In this document: positions 8,529-16,851 of the stretch, piece by piece
Position numbering within the stretch: position 1 is the first letter of the stretch
Layout: each line of letters opens with the position of its first letter
Assembly (NCBI GenBank): GCA_030606485.1
Contig: JAUWGH010000008.1
Coordinates: 184,259 to 216,258 of the forward strand
DNA from: Promethearchaeota archaeon
GTDB lineage: Archaea > Asgardarchaeota > Lokiarchaeia > Sigyniarchaeales > SOKP01
Length of the DNA stretch: 32,000 bases
Reading direction: 5' to 3'
Position numbers and translations under genes: made by a program
Notes under the pieces: generated by a model
What the model was told of the DNA's origin: nothing
What the model saw: the letters and a program-made list of their open reading frames with translations, nothing else
Databases searched by the model: none

Positions 8529-9764
8529 TTACTCACTTAGCTGGATACTGGTTGGAATAATAATTGCTTTTAATGATTCTCCATGATCTTCTATTAATTT
8601 ATTAATTAAATCTGCCCATTTTTTAAACAATAATACCTTTGACTTTCCATAGATATGATCAAGATCACTATTACTAAGATATTCTGAAAAACAATATACA
8701 TTTCTTCGTTTTACAAAGGCTTTCCAAATCATTTGTTCACAAACAGGAGTATATAATTTTGCTCCCGTTTCCGCAATTAGACTGTGGAATCCACGTCCTT
8801 CATAACATGAAGCCATAATGGCAATTGTGCCATATCTTTTTAACATGTTATTTGGGGCTGTCATTAAGAAATTAAAAGCTTTATGCATACCTTGCGTGAG
8901 TTCTGTATCTTCTGGAAACAGATTAAAAAACGCAACGTCATTATCTAAAGTAACTTTTGTCTTATATACTTGATTACCTAATTCCATTGCTTTTCTATGT
9001 GCCTTAATATAGTCTCCTGCAAAACAACCTCCAATTTTTCCATTTTCTGTAAGAATTATATTTATACTAAAATCCAACCCTACCTTTTTGGCAGTATCTT
9101 CAATATCTTTTCTAATCTCAGTAACACGACCCATTCCTGCTCCTGATCCTCCTTTCATTGCCATACTATGGTTTCCATATAAAGTTTCAATTCCACAAAC
9201 CCCTGGTAAGACAATTTTTGCTCCACCACCAAATCCAGCTAAAGGATGAGGGATAACACCACCTATTGCAATTTTTAAATCAGACTCATAATAGGTTTTA
9301 TTAACATGAATTGGTGTACCCATCATTGTTTTTCCTAAATCTACTAAATTCTCATAAGGATGATGGTTTTCAACATTATAATTTTCGACAATTTCTATCC
9401 CCAGTTTTAAGGTATAATCATGTCTATTCATTGGTCTATGTGCTCCTGTAGCACCAATTATTGTAATTTGGTCTTTAGAAATACCACTATTATGAAGTTC
9501 TTCTAAAACATAGGGGATTATTTGGTATATTGGTGTAGGTCTTGACATATCATCAATAACAATTGCAATATTCTTCTTACCTTGAGCAAGTTCAGATAAT
9601 TTTAAAGAACCAATAGGATTCAAAACAGCATTTTTTATATCAACTTCTGAAATTTCTTCAGTGTTGTTCATTCTACCTTCTGAAACTTCCCATGTTTCTG
9701 GGAACTCAAATTCTCTGAACTCCGGCTCTTTCCATGATGCCCAAGGAACCTTTATTTTTACCAT
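8529..9764 (-). CDS. larA: LarA-family (DUF2088) nickel-pincer-dependent racemase/epimerase
   Basis: DDMSRP, GAHRPM, PHPLAGFGGGAKIVLPG and NH motifs match the LarA Asp/Arg/His/Lys residues. Substrate unknown. Confidence 0.8.
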   Translation of the reverse strand: MVKIKVPWASWKEPEFREFEFPETWEVSEGRMNNTEEISEVDIKNAVLNPIGSLKLSELAQGKKNIAIVIDDMSRPTPIYQIIPYVLEELHNSGISKDQITIIGATGAHRPMNRHDYTLKLGIEIVENYNVENHHPYENLVDLGKTMMGTPIHVNKTYYESDLKIAIGGVIPHPLAGFGGGAKIVLPGVCGIETLYGNHSMAMKGGSGAGMGRVTEIRKDIEDTAKKVGLDFSINIILTENGKIGGCFAGDYIKAHRKAMELGNQVYKTKVTLDNDVAFFNLFPEDTELTQGMHKAFNFLMTAPNNMLKRYGTIAIMASCYEGRGFHSLIAETGAKLYTPVCEQMIWKAFVKRRNVYCFSEYLSNSDLDHIYGKSKVLLFKKWADLINKLIEDHGESLKAIIIPTSIQLSE

Positions 9765-9964
9765 TTTTAATTATCAATTTTAATTTTCTTTAATAATTTA
9801 TAGTTAGCAAAAATAATAAAATATGTAAAGTTTAATATTATTTGATAATAACATTGAGTTTTTTATAGTTTTTCACTTTATAGAAAACCTGTTGTCTTGT
9901 TAAATTTAAATGCTTATTCTGTTTATTTATATAAAGAAAGAATTGTTTTTGCATCGGATCAAAT

Positions 9965-10168
9965 TTGTTCTATTATCTATTTCAGAAATTCGGAACAAAG
10001 ATTACAGTAATCTCAGAGATCGGAAATAAAAAATTGGATTCGGAAGAAATATTTGAGGAAATTGTTTCATTACTCCATTGCTATTCAATGAAATTATATT
10101 CAAAAGGAAAAGAAGAAATTATCATTAAATTAATTAAGGAAAATGAAAAACTGAGCAAATACAGGTAA
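9965..10168 (+). pseudogene. tnpA: IS607 TnpA (serine recombinase), C-terminal fragment
   Basis: LFQKFGTKITVISE...EEIFEEIVSLLHCYSMKLYS matches the IS607 TnpA C-terminus. The N-terminal HTH and catalytic region are missing (degenerate YKER just upstream). Confidence 0.8.
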
Positions 10169-11349
10169 AAAAATCATCGGAATTATCTAAATTATGTCAT
10201 CTTGCTAAAAACCTTTACAATTCAAGTAATTGGTATTTCAGACAGGACTTCTTCAAATTGGAGAATATCCTTTCTTATTACGATTTGGATTTTATTCTCA
10301 AGCATAAAGAAGCGTATCGGAATCTACCCGCTCAAACATCTCAGCAAATTCTCAAATTAATTATCAGGAATTGGAAGTCCTATTTTAGGACAATAAAAAA
10401 GTATAGACAAGATTATAGGAAATTCCAGAAGAGACCGAGAATTCCAGGTTATAAAAAGAAAAACGGAGAATCTATCGCTATCTTCACAAATCAATAATGT
10501 AAAATAAAGAAGGGATATTTATATTTTCCTGAAAAAAGCGGTCTCGAACCGATCAAAACGAGAATTAAAGAGAAACTAAAAGAAGTAAGAATAATTCCTA
10601 AAGGGGTTTGTTATGTTGTAGAGATAATTTACGAGAGAGAAAAGCAAGATTTAGGGTTAAATAAAGATAAAAAATTATCAATTGATTTGGGGTTAAACAA
10701 CCTCATAACTGCTGTAAATAATATCGGGCTAAAACCGATTATTATTAAAGGTGGGGCTGTAAAGTCTGTAAATCAATTTTATAATAAACAATTAGCGTAT
10801 TATAAAAGTATTGCGAAGAAAACGAATGTTTTGGAATTAACAAAAAGAATAGAAAGAATACATTTAAAGCGGAACAACAAAATAAACACATTGTTTCACA
10901 GAATCTCCAAAAATCTAATCGATTATGGCATAAAAAATAATCTCGGAACCATCGTGATCGGGTATAATAACGGGTGGAAGCGGAAAATAAATATCGGAAA
11001 GAGAAACAATCAGAAATTTGTTCAAATTCCGTTCTTGAAATTGATTAATCAAATAAAATACAAGGCGGAATTAATCGGGGTTAACGTTGTTTGTAATAAT
11101 GAAGACCATACGTCCAAATGCAGTTTTCTCTATAATGAAGAGATTAAACACCATGATAAATACCTCGGGAAACGGATCAAACGTGGTTTATTTAAATCAA
11201 AGAATGGCATTTTGATCAATGCGGATGTCAACGGTGCGTATAATATAATGAAAAAAGCATTCCCAAATTCCGTATCGGTTGATGGGATAGAGGCATTAGG
11301 ACTAATGCCACAAATAATTAGTCAAAATTTGTTTGATAATATTATTTGA
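10143..11349 (+). pseudogene. tnpB: IS607-type TnpB (RNA-guided endonuclease) with start-proximal frameshift and internal stop
   Basis: ATG at 10143 is out of frame with KTEQIQVKKSSELSKLCHLAKNLYN. In-frame TAA at 10495-10497 splits ORFs 10258..10497 and 10687..11349, which share a frame. RuvC motifs SIDLG, VIGYN/NEDHTSK and NADVNGA. Confidence 0.9.
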
Positions 11350-11390
11350 AATAATTTGAATACAATTTTATTCATTTTAATAGTCTACCG
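11270..11390 (+). ncRNA. Candidate TnpB omegaRNA (reRNA) scaffold overlapping the tnpB 3' end
   Basis: Perfect inverted repeat GGCATTAG-GA-CTAATGCC at 11292-11309, in the position expected for an omegaRNA stem. Extent is inferred. Confidence 0.4.
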
Positions 11391-11437
11391 CTTGGTTCAT
11401 GAATTATTGAAATCATTTTAGTCAAAATGAATCACTT

Positions 11438-12112
11438 TTATGGAATTAATTTGATACCTCTTGCTAATATGCGGTCAATAGCAATTTTACTCCTTTTAAC
11501 TATAAGTAGATAATTATTAGCAGATCTACTTAAGATATGAATTCGTTGCCCAGGGAATATTCCAATACTAATTAATTTCGTCATAAGATTACAGCTATTC
11601 CATGAAATATCTACAATAGTGCCAGAAGGTAATATGAATTGAGAAAGTGGAATTCCTTGACCTTTCAATTGAGAAACTGCAAACATACCTTGAATAGCAT
11701 TTTCTGTTAATGAATGTTCAAGAATATGAGCCATTTGATGAGCATTGCATTTATTAGTTTGGCTCTTTATAAAATATTCGATTTCCATATGTTTTTTTAA
11801 AATCTCTCCTCCTATTTCCACCCCTGTAGGAGTTAATGAATATATATTACCTTGCAGAATAATAAGCTTCTCTTTTTGTAGCCGTTTTAAAACCTCATCC
11901 AAAATTATATTAAAATTTTTAGCAATTCTCTTAAGTATAGGTAAATCAATTTTTTTCTCTTTATTTTCAAACATAAATTTAAGAATATCTTCTTCCCCTC
12001 TTTTTAAAATCTCTTCAGCACTTATTTTTAATGGCTGAATTTCTACTCTATTCCAACCTTTTCTTCTTCCACCCCTCTTCTGATGTTTTCTTCTCTTTCT
12101 TCCTTTATGCAT
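11438..12112 (-). CDS. DtxR/MntR-family metal-dependent regulator with C-terminal FeoA domain
   Basis: EEDILK wHTH start, KHMEIE and AHQMAHILEH metal-site motifs, and a FeoA-like tail (KLISIGIFPGQRI...KIAIDR). Confidence 0.85.
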   Translation of the reverse strand: MHKGRKRRKHQKRGGRRKGWNRVEIQPLKISAEEILKRGEEDILKFMFENKEKKIDLPILKRIAKNFNIILDEVLKRLQKEKLIILQGNIYSLTPTGVEIGGEILKKHMEIEYFIKSQTNKCNAHQMAHILEHSLTENAIQGMFAVSQLKGQGIPLSQFILPSGTIVDISWNSCNLMTKLISIGIFPGQRIHILSRSANNYLLIVKRSKIAIDRILARGIKLIP

Positions 12113-12115
12113 TTT

Positions 12116-12451
12116 TTATCTTCTATTATTAATCTTTTTCCTGGTTTTATCCAAATTAATCATTTTTTTTCCTTTTTTTGATATCTCAAAAAAAATTTTA
12201 GGTAAATTTTCAGAACATTCATTGGCAAAAGAGCAGAATTTACATTTCAAAGAAGCCTCTTTTTGAAATTCTCCCTCATCAATAAGTTTTAAGAAACCTT
12301 GTTTTAATAATGATTGAATTACAGTATCCAATAATTCCTTCGAAATATCTAAAGTATTTGCTAAAAGTTTAGGACTTGTTACTCCCTGTTGAATAAGATT
12401 TTTTAGAACTTTATGATATAAATTTGAGTCTGATTTATCTATAAAATTCAA
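12116..12451 (-). CDS. FeoC-like winged-helix protein with Cys cluster
   Basis: wHTH (SPKLLANTLDISKELLDTVIQSLLKQGFL) followed by CKFCSFANEC. Lies next to feoAB. Confidence 0.75.
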   Translation of the reverse strand: MNFIDKSDSNLYHKVLKNLIQQGVTSPKLLANTLDISKELLDTVIQSLLKQGFLKLIDEGEFQKEASLKCKFCSFANECSENLPKIFFEISKKGKKMINLDKTRKKINNRR

Positions 12452-12544
12452 TCACTCCAATTTTTTAAATTAAATCTCTATTAATATATCTCTTTTCTGT
12501 ATTTTTTTGAATATATCAAATTTTTTAAATATTAGATAATATAA

Positions 12545-12558
12545 TTAGGTTATTCTAA
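12545..12558. promoter_or_regulatory. DtxR-type operator candidate TTAG-GTTATT-CTAA (leftward promoter)
   Basis: TTAG-N6-CTAA matches the core of the DtxR/IdeR consensus. Lies about 20-25 nt downstream of a minus-strand TTTATATA box near 12577-12585. Confidence 0.55.
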
Positions 12559-12728
12559 ATCTTATAAAATAATGGTTATATAAAATATTTATTCTTATAT
12601 TTTGTATTTAATATTGATTTATATAATTTAAATTTATATTGTTTTTACTTACATTTTACACTTATTTCATTTAGAACTCTAAGGGTTAAAATAATTAAGT
12701 TTAAATATATATTTAATATTTACTAAAA

Positions 12729-12742
12729 TTAGTTATTTCTAA
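12729..12742. promoter_or_regulatory. DtxR-type operator candidate TTAG-TTATTT-CTAA (feoA promoter)
   Basis: Second TTAG-N6-CTAA box, downstream of a TTTAAATATA TATA-like box near 12700. Confidence 0.55.
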
Positions 12743-12767
12743 ATTACAAAAAGAAAAGTATAAATAA

Positions 12768-13004
12768 TTGGTGATTAAAATACAAATGAAGCTTTCTGAA
12801 TTACCATTTAATACATTAGCAAAAATAAAATCGATTGACAAGAAAGTTACAACCAGAGTAGTGGCGATGGGTATTGTGCTAGGAACAGATATAAAAGTAA
12901 TTCGAGCATCACCTTTAGGAGATCCGTTAGAACTTGAAGTAAAAAATTATAATCTCAGTTTGAGAAAATCTGTATGTAAATTAATAGAAGTGGAGAGAAT
13001 TTAA
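12768..13004 (+). CDS. feoA: Ferrous iron transport protein A (start probably ATG 12786)
   Basis: RVVAMGIVLGTDIKVIRASPLGDPLELEVKNYNLSLRK. Confidence 0.95.
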   Translation: MVIKIQMKLSELPFNTLAKIKSIDKKVTTRVVAMGIVLGTDIKVIRASPLGDPLELEVKNYNLSLRKSVCKLIEVERI

Positions 13005-13020
13005 AAGAGGTTAAAAAAAA

Positions 13021-15021
13021 ATGAGTAAAACATTAGCTTTAATTGGAAATCCTAATGTAGGAAAAACTGTTGTTTTTAACGAACTTACCGGAGAGATGGG
13101 TCATGTTGCAAACTGGCCAGGCGTAACTGTTGAAAAAAAAGAAGGAAAAATGGATGATATCAATGTAGTGGATTTACCTGGGGTTTATTGTTTATCTCCT
13201 GCTGCTATTGACGAGTTGATTGCAAGGAATTTTATTATAAAAGATAACCCAAATGTAATAGTTGATATTTTGGATGCGACAAATCTGGAAAGAAATCTCT
13301 ATTTAGCATTTTTACTGAAAGAACTTGAAGTACCTATTGTTTTTGTTTTAAATTTAATGGATGCTGCAAAAGATAGAGGAATTAAAATTGATGTCCAAAA
13401 ATTATCTGAATTAATAAATGCACCAATTGTGCCAACTGCGGCTATTAAAGGAGAGGGTATTGATGAAGCCAGGGAAATGATTAAAAAAATCTTCGAAGAT
13501 AAAAAGTTAGCTGAGAAATCTACTCGCCCTATAAAATATTCCAAGGAATTAGAAGATAAAATCAACCAGACAATGGAAATATTAGGTGAATATACTCCAA
13601 AATTTCTCACAGAAAAGCGGAGATGGGTTGCAATAAAACTACTTGAAGGTGACAAAGAAGTTCAAAAAGAATTAACTTCAATTTCTAATGGAAGTAAGGT
13701 TATCGAAGAGGTTAAGAATTTTTGTACAGGAACCGAGGAATTTGATCTGGCAGGTGAACGATATAATAAAATTGGTGAAATAATAAAACAAACTTATATT
13801 CGGAAAAAAGATGTGGTTACGATTTCAGATATTTTAGATAAAGTTTTTCTGCATAAATATTTCGGAATTCCCATATTTCTCTTAATAATGTGGGGTATGT
13901 TCGAATTTACATTCAGAGTATCCGCACCTTTAGTTACTTTAGTTGAATATCTTTTGGGACTTGCAGGTCAAGTTTTCGAAGCCATATGGCCCGAAGATGC
14001 TTGGTATTTATCATTTGTGAATGATGGTCTCATTGGTGGGTTTGGAGCAGTACTCGGATTTGTGCCTTTAATCTTCATGATGTATCTGGTCCTTTCTTTC
14101 TTGGAAGATTCAGGGTATCTCTCACGAGCAGCGTTTAATATGGATAGATTAATGTACAAACTAGGATTACATGGGAGATCTTTTGTTTCGATGATATTAG
14201 GGTTTGGGTGTAATATTCCTGCTGTTATGTCTTGCAGAGCTATTGAATCAGAAGAAGATAGATTAACTACAATATTAGTAAATCAAAATATATCATGTGG
14301 AGCCAGATTACCGGTTTATATTCTATTAGGCGCATTTATGTGGCCTGGAGCGACTGGGACAATTGTATTTAGCCTATACCTCCTAGGAATAGTAATTGCT
14401 ATTCTTATGGCTTTATTCTTTAGAAAAGTGATCTTTAAGGGTGAAGCCGCACCATTTATGTTGGAGTTAGGAGATTATCGAATGCCAACTGCAAAATATA
14501 CCGGAATTCATATGTGGGAAAGAGGAAGAGAATTTATCAAAAAAGCTGGGCTGATTATTTTTACAGTTGTGGTTTTATTGTGGTTACTTCAAAATTTACC
14601 ATGGGGTACCGAACCAGAAAATTCTGCTTTAGCTTTTATTGGAAAATTATTTCAACCGTTATTTGCGCCTTTAAATTGGAGTTGGATAGCAGCAGTAGGT
14701 ATTATTTTTGGATTTTTAGCTAAAGAAGTCGTAGTTGCAGCTTTTGGATTGATTTTATCAGGTCAAGAAGACCCCGAAGGTCTGGGAAGTTTAGTTGTAG
14801 GAGCTTTACCAGCAGTTGGAGTTGCCGCAGCAGCATTACCTGCACTGGTCTATGGATATTTAGTCTTTGTTCTATTATATACTCCTTGCATAGCTCATCT
14901 CGGTGCTGTATACAAGGAAACAGGCTCGAAAAAATGGACTCTCGTCTCTGCCACTTATGGTATTGCACTTGGATACATATTGGCTTTAATAATTAATTTG
15001 ATCGGAGGTGTATATTTCTAA
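13021..15021 (+). CDS. feoB: Ferrous iron transport protein B
   Basis: G1 GNPNVGKT, G2 NWPGVTVE, G3 DLPG, G4 NLMD; membrane domain with GFGCNIPA, CGARLP and YTPC. Confidence 0.98.
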   Translation: MSKTLALIGNPNVGKTVVFNELTGEMGHVANWPGVTVEKKEGKMDDINVVDLPGVYCLSPAAIDELIARNFIIKDNPNVIVDILDATNLERNLYLAFLLKELEVPIVFVLNLMDAAKDRGIKIDVQKLSELINAPIVPTAAIKGEGIDEAREMIKKIFEDKKLAEKSTRPIKYSKELEDKINQTMEILGEYTPKFLTEKRRWVAIKLLEGDKEVQKELTSISNGSKVIEEVKNFCTGTEEFDLAGERYNKIGEIIKQTYIRKKDVVTISDILDKVFLHKYFGIPIFLLIMWGMFEFTFRVSAPLVTLVEYLLGLAGQVFEAIWPEDAWYLSFVNDGLIGGFGAVLGFVPLIFMMYLVLSFLEDSGYLSRAAFNMDRLMYKLGLHGRSFVSMILGFGCNIPAVMSCRAIESEEDRLTTILVNQNISCGARLPVYILLGAFMWPGATGTIVFSLYLLGIVIAILMALFFRKVIFKGEAAPFMLELGDYRMPTAKYTGIHMWERGREFIKKAGLIIFTVVVLLWLLQNLPWGTEPENSALAFIGKLFQPLFAPLNWSWIAAVGIIFGFLAKEVVVAAFGLILSGQEDPEGLGSLVVGALPAVGVAAAALPALVYGYLVFVLLYTPCIAHLGAVYKETGSKKWTLVSATYGIALGYILALIINLIGGVYF

Positions 15022-15506
15022 TGGAAATTGTAGAACAAAAGCGTTCTAGATTAATCATAATCGCCTTGGTATTTGGTCTTATTTATTTGTTTAATACAAT
15101 CATGGAATTTATTCACATTGGCTTAGAAGAACCTTTGTTTTTCTTGTTCTCATCTCCTGGAGATGCCGTTTTTGAAACAGCATATCTAGATCATTTCGCT
15201 AAAGCCCTAGTTAGTTTGTTAATTACAGCTGTATTTCTTTATAGCATTCCACAACTCAAAAAAGGTACACTTGAAGGATTTGGATTTATAATTGGAGCCG
15301 GAATTCTTGCAATTGGAATTGGGTTTTTGTTCATTGCAGAATGGATAGCAAATGTTATTGATTTTGCAATCCAAGGTTTATCTGATCTTGCAGTCTGGGA
15401 GGACTTTGTCTTTACCGATGGAATTCGTATTGAATGGTTCATTGGAATTGGCTCGATTTCTATCTTACTAATTTGGAAAAATCGTGAAAACTATTTAATT
15501 TCTTAA
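15021..15506 (+). CDS. Hypothetical membrane protein translationally coupled to feoB
   Basis: TAATG stop/start overlap with feoB and about 4 hydrophobic segments. Confidence 0.8.
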   Translation: MEIVEQKRSRLIIIALVFGLIYLFNTIMEFIHIGLEEPLFFLFSSPGDAVFETAYLDHFAKALVSLLITAVFLYSIPQLKKGTLEGFGFIIGAGILAIGIGFLFIAEWIANVIDFAIQGLSDLAVWEDFVFTDGIRIEWFIGIGSISILLIWKNRENYLIS

Positions 15507-15519
15507 TTTTTTTTTTTTT
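15507..15519 (+). terminator. Oligo-T terminator of the feoA-feoB-orf operon
   Basis: T13 run immediately after the stop codon. Confidence 0.6.
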
Positions 15520-15596
15520 ATTTTTTATTTTAATTTTATATTTATAAAAAAATTAGTTCATTATTTTTCAATAATTTTTAAGCAAGGTGATTAGGT

Positions 15597-16256
15597 ATGG
15601 GATTAATAGCGAAATTGATGGTGAAAATGGTAAATCAATGTCGTAAGCCGAAGGGAAGATTTGGAAGAATTGTGGCTAAAGGAATGAATAAGGGATCTCA
15701 TGCTAAAATGGCTGCATGGAGTTTAAACCATATTTCAGTTAAACCTGAAGATATTATCTTAGATATTGGCTGTGGTGGCGGTAGAAATGTTAAGGTTTTG
15801 GCAAAGATTGCCTTAGAAGGAAAAGTCTACGGCATAGACAATTCAGAAATTTCAGTTAAAATTAGCAAGAAAGTCAATAAGGAATTAATTGAAAATGGTA
15901 ATATTGAAATACAATATGCGTCTGTGTCGTCCTTGCCATTTAATGAAGATACATTTGATTTGGTTACTGGTTATGAAACATATTACTTCTGGCCAGATTT
16001 GATTAACGATTTAAAAGGAATTTATAAGGTGCTTAAGCCGGGCGGGACTTTAGCTTGGATTAACGAGGGATATAAGTGTGAAAATGAGAAATATAGAAAA
16101 AGGAATGAAAAGTGGGCTAAAATAGGAAATTTTGAGATTCATACACCTGAGCAGTTCGAAGAATTTTTTAAAAAAGCTGGTTTTACTGAAATTGAGATTT
16201 TTACAGAGAAAAATAAAGGATGGATTATAGTGAAAGGCAAAAAGCCGGATATATAA
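15597..16256 (+). CDS. Class I SAM-dependent methyltransferase
   Basis: ILDIGCGGG, GIDNS, LPFNEDTFD and VLKPGG motifs. Confidence 0.92.
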   Translation: MGLIAKLMVKMVNQCRKPKGRFGRIVAKGMNKGSHAKMAAWSLNHISVKPEDIILDIGCGGGRNVKVLAKIALEGKVYGIDNSEISVKISKKVNKELIENGNIEIQYASVSSLPFNEDTFDLVTGYETYYFWPDLINDLKGIYKVLKPGGTLAWINEGYKCENEKYRKRNEKWAKIGNFEIHTPEQFEEFFKKAGFTEIEIFTEKNKGWIIVKGKKPDI

Positions 16257-16329
16257 ACTAAATTATTCTCAATAATTAATTTAAATAAAAAATAATTAAA
16301 AAATAACAAATAAAAGGTGGAAGAAAAAA

Positions 16330-16725
16330 TTGGTTTCTAAAAATATATGGAAAAAAGTTTGGCTCTTTTTTGGGATAATTTTTATATTTATATCAATTTT
16401 TATGATTTTTTTTGGTCCTTTACTCGCTTCAATTACGGGTACAGCACCATTTTCTGATCGCGCAAGAGCAATGATAAGTTTTCTATGGATCTGGATGTTT
16501 ATTTATAATGGAATTGGCAATTTCTTTTTATATAGAGATATAGAGAAGAATAAGGTCCTATTAATTTTGGGAATTCCAGCAGGATTAGCATTTACCATCT
16601 TACAATCTATATATATGGTGATTGGCTATTTCGAAATTGTTCTTTCAGAAGTAATCTGGGCAATCTTACCCTTGATTTGGTCTATTATTATAATTATTTA
16701 TTTCCTCGATCAAAAGAAAAAATAG
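16330..16725 (+). CDS. Hypothetical membrane protein
   Basis: 131 aa, about 4 hydrophobic segments, RBS AAGGTGG before TTG. Confidence 0.7.
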   Translation: MVSKNIWKKVWLFFGIIFIFISIFMIFFGPLLASITGTAPFSDRARAMISFLWIWMFIYNGIGNFFLYRDIEKNKVLLILGIPAGLAFTILQSIYMVIGYFEIVLSEVIWAILPLIWSIIIIIYFLDQKKK

Positions 16726-16851
16726 TAGATATGCATTAAAAATTCCAATGAAATTACGACATAACTTTATTTTTAAATTTTCGATTATTTTAGCCGTAAA
16801 TTGTTGATTAACTCGGTTTACTCAAACCTATTTGAGAATAAAAGTGTAAAT

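Larger units (their letters stand above)
9930..11390 (+). mobile_element. Decayed IS607-family element (tnpA fragment + tnpB pseudogene); ends not defined
   Basis: Serine-recombinase C-terminal fragment directly followed by and overlapping a TnpB gene. Boundaries are approximate. Confidence 0.85.

Noticed and set aside
10495-10497. Stop-codon readthrough (Sec/Pyl) in tnpB
   Set aside because: The codon is TAA, and a second lesion and a decayed tnpA point to pseudogenisation.
11745-12038. 97-aa plus-strand ORF
   Set aside because: Antisense to the dtxR-like gene.
13299-15442. Short ORFs at 13299, 13968, 14514, 14720 and 15239
   Set aside because: Antisense or off-frame shadows within feoB and its downstream gene.
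16790-16846. Short hairpins such as CTCAAA-CCTA-TTTGAG (also 11414-11431 and about 20141-20156)
   Set aside because: 5-7 bp stems are expected by chance in AT-rich DNA; at most weak terminators.
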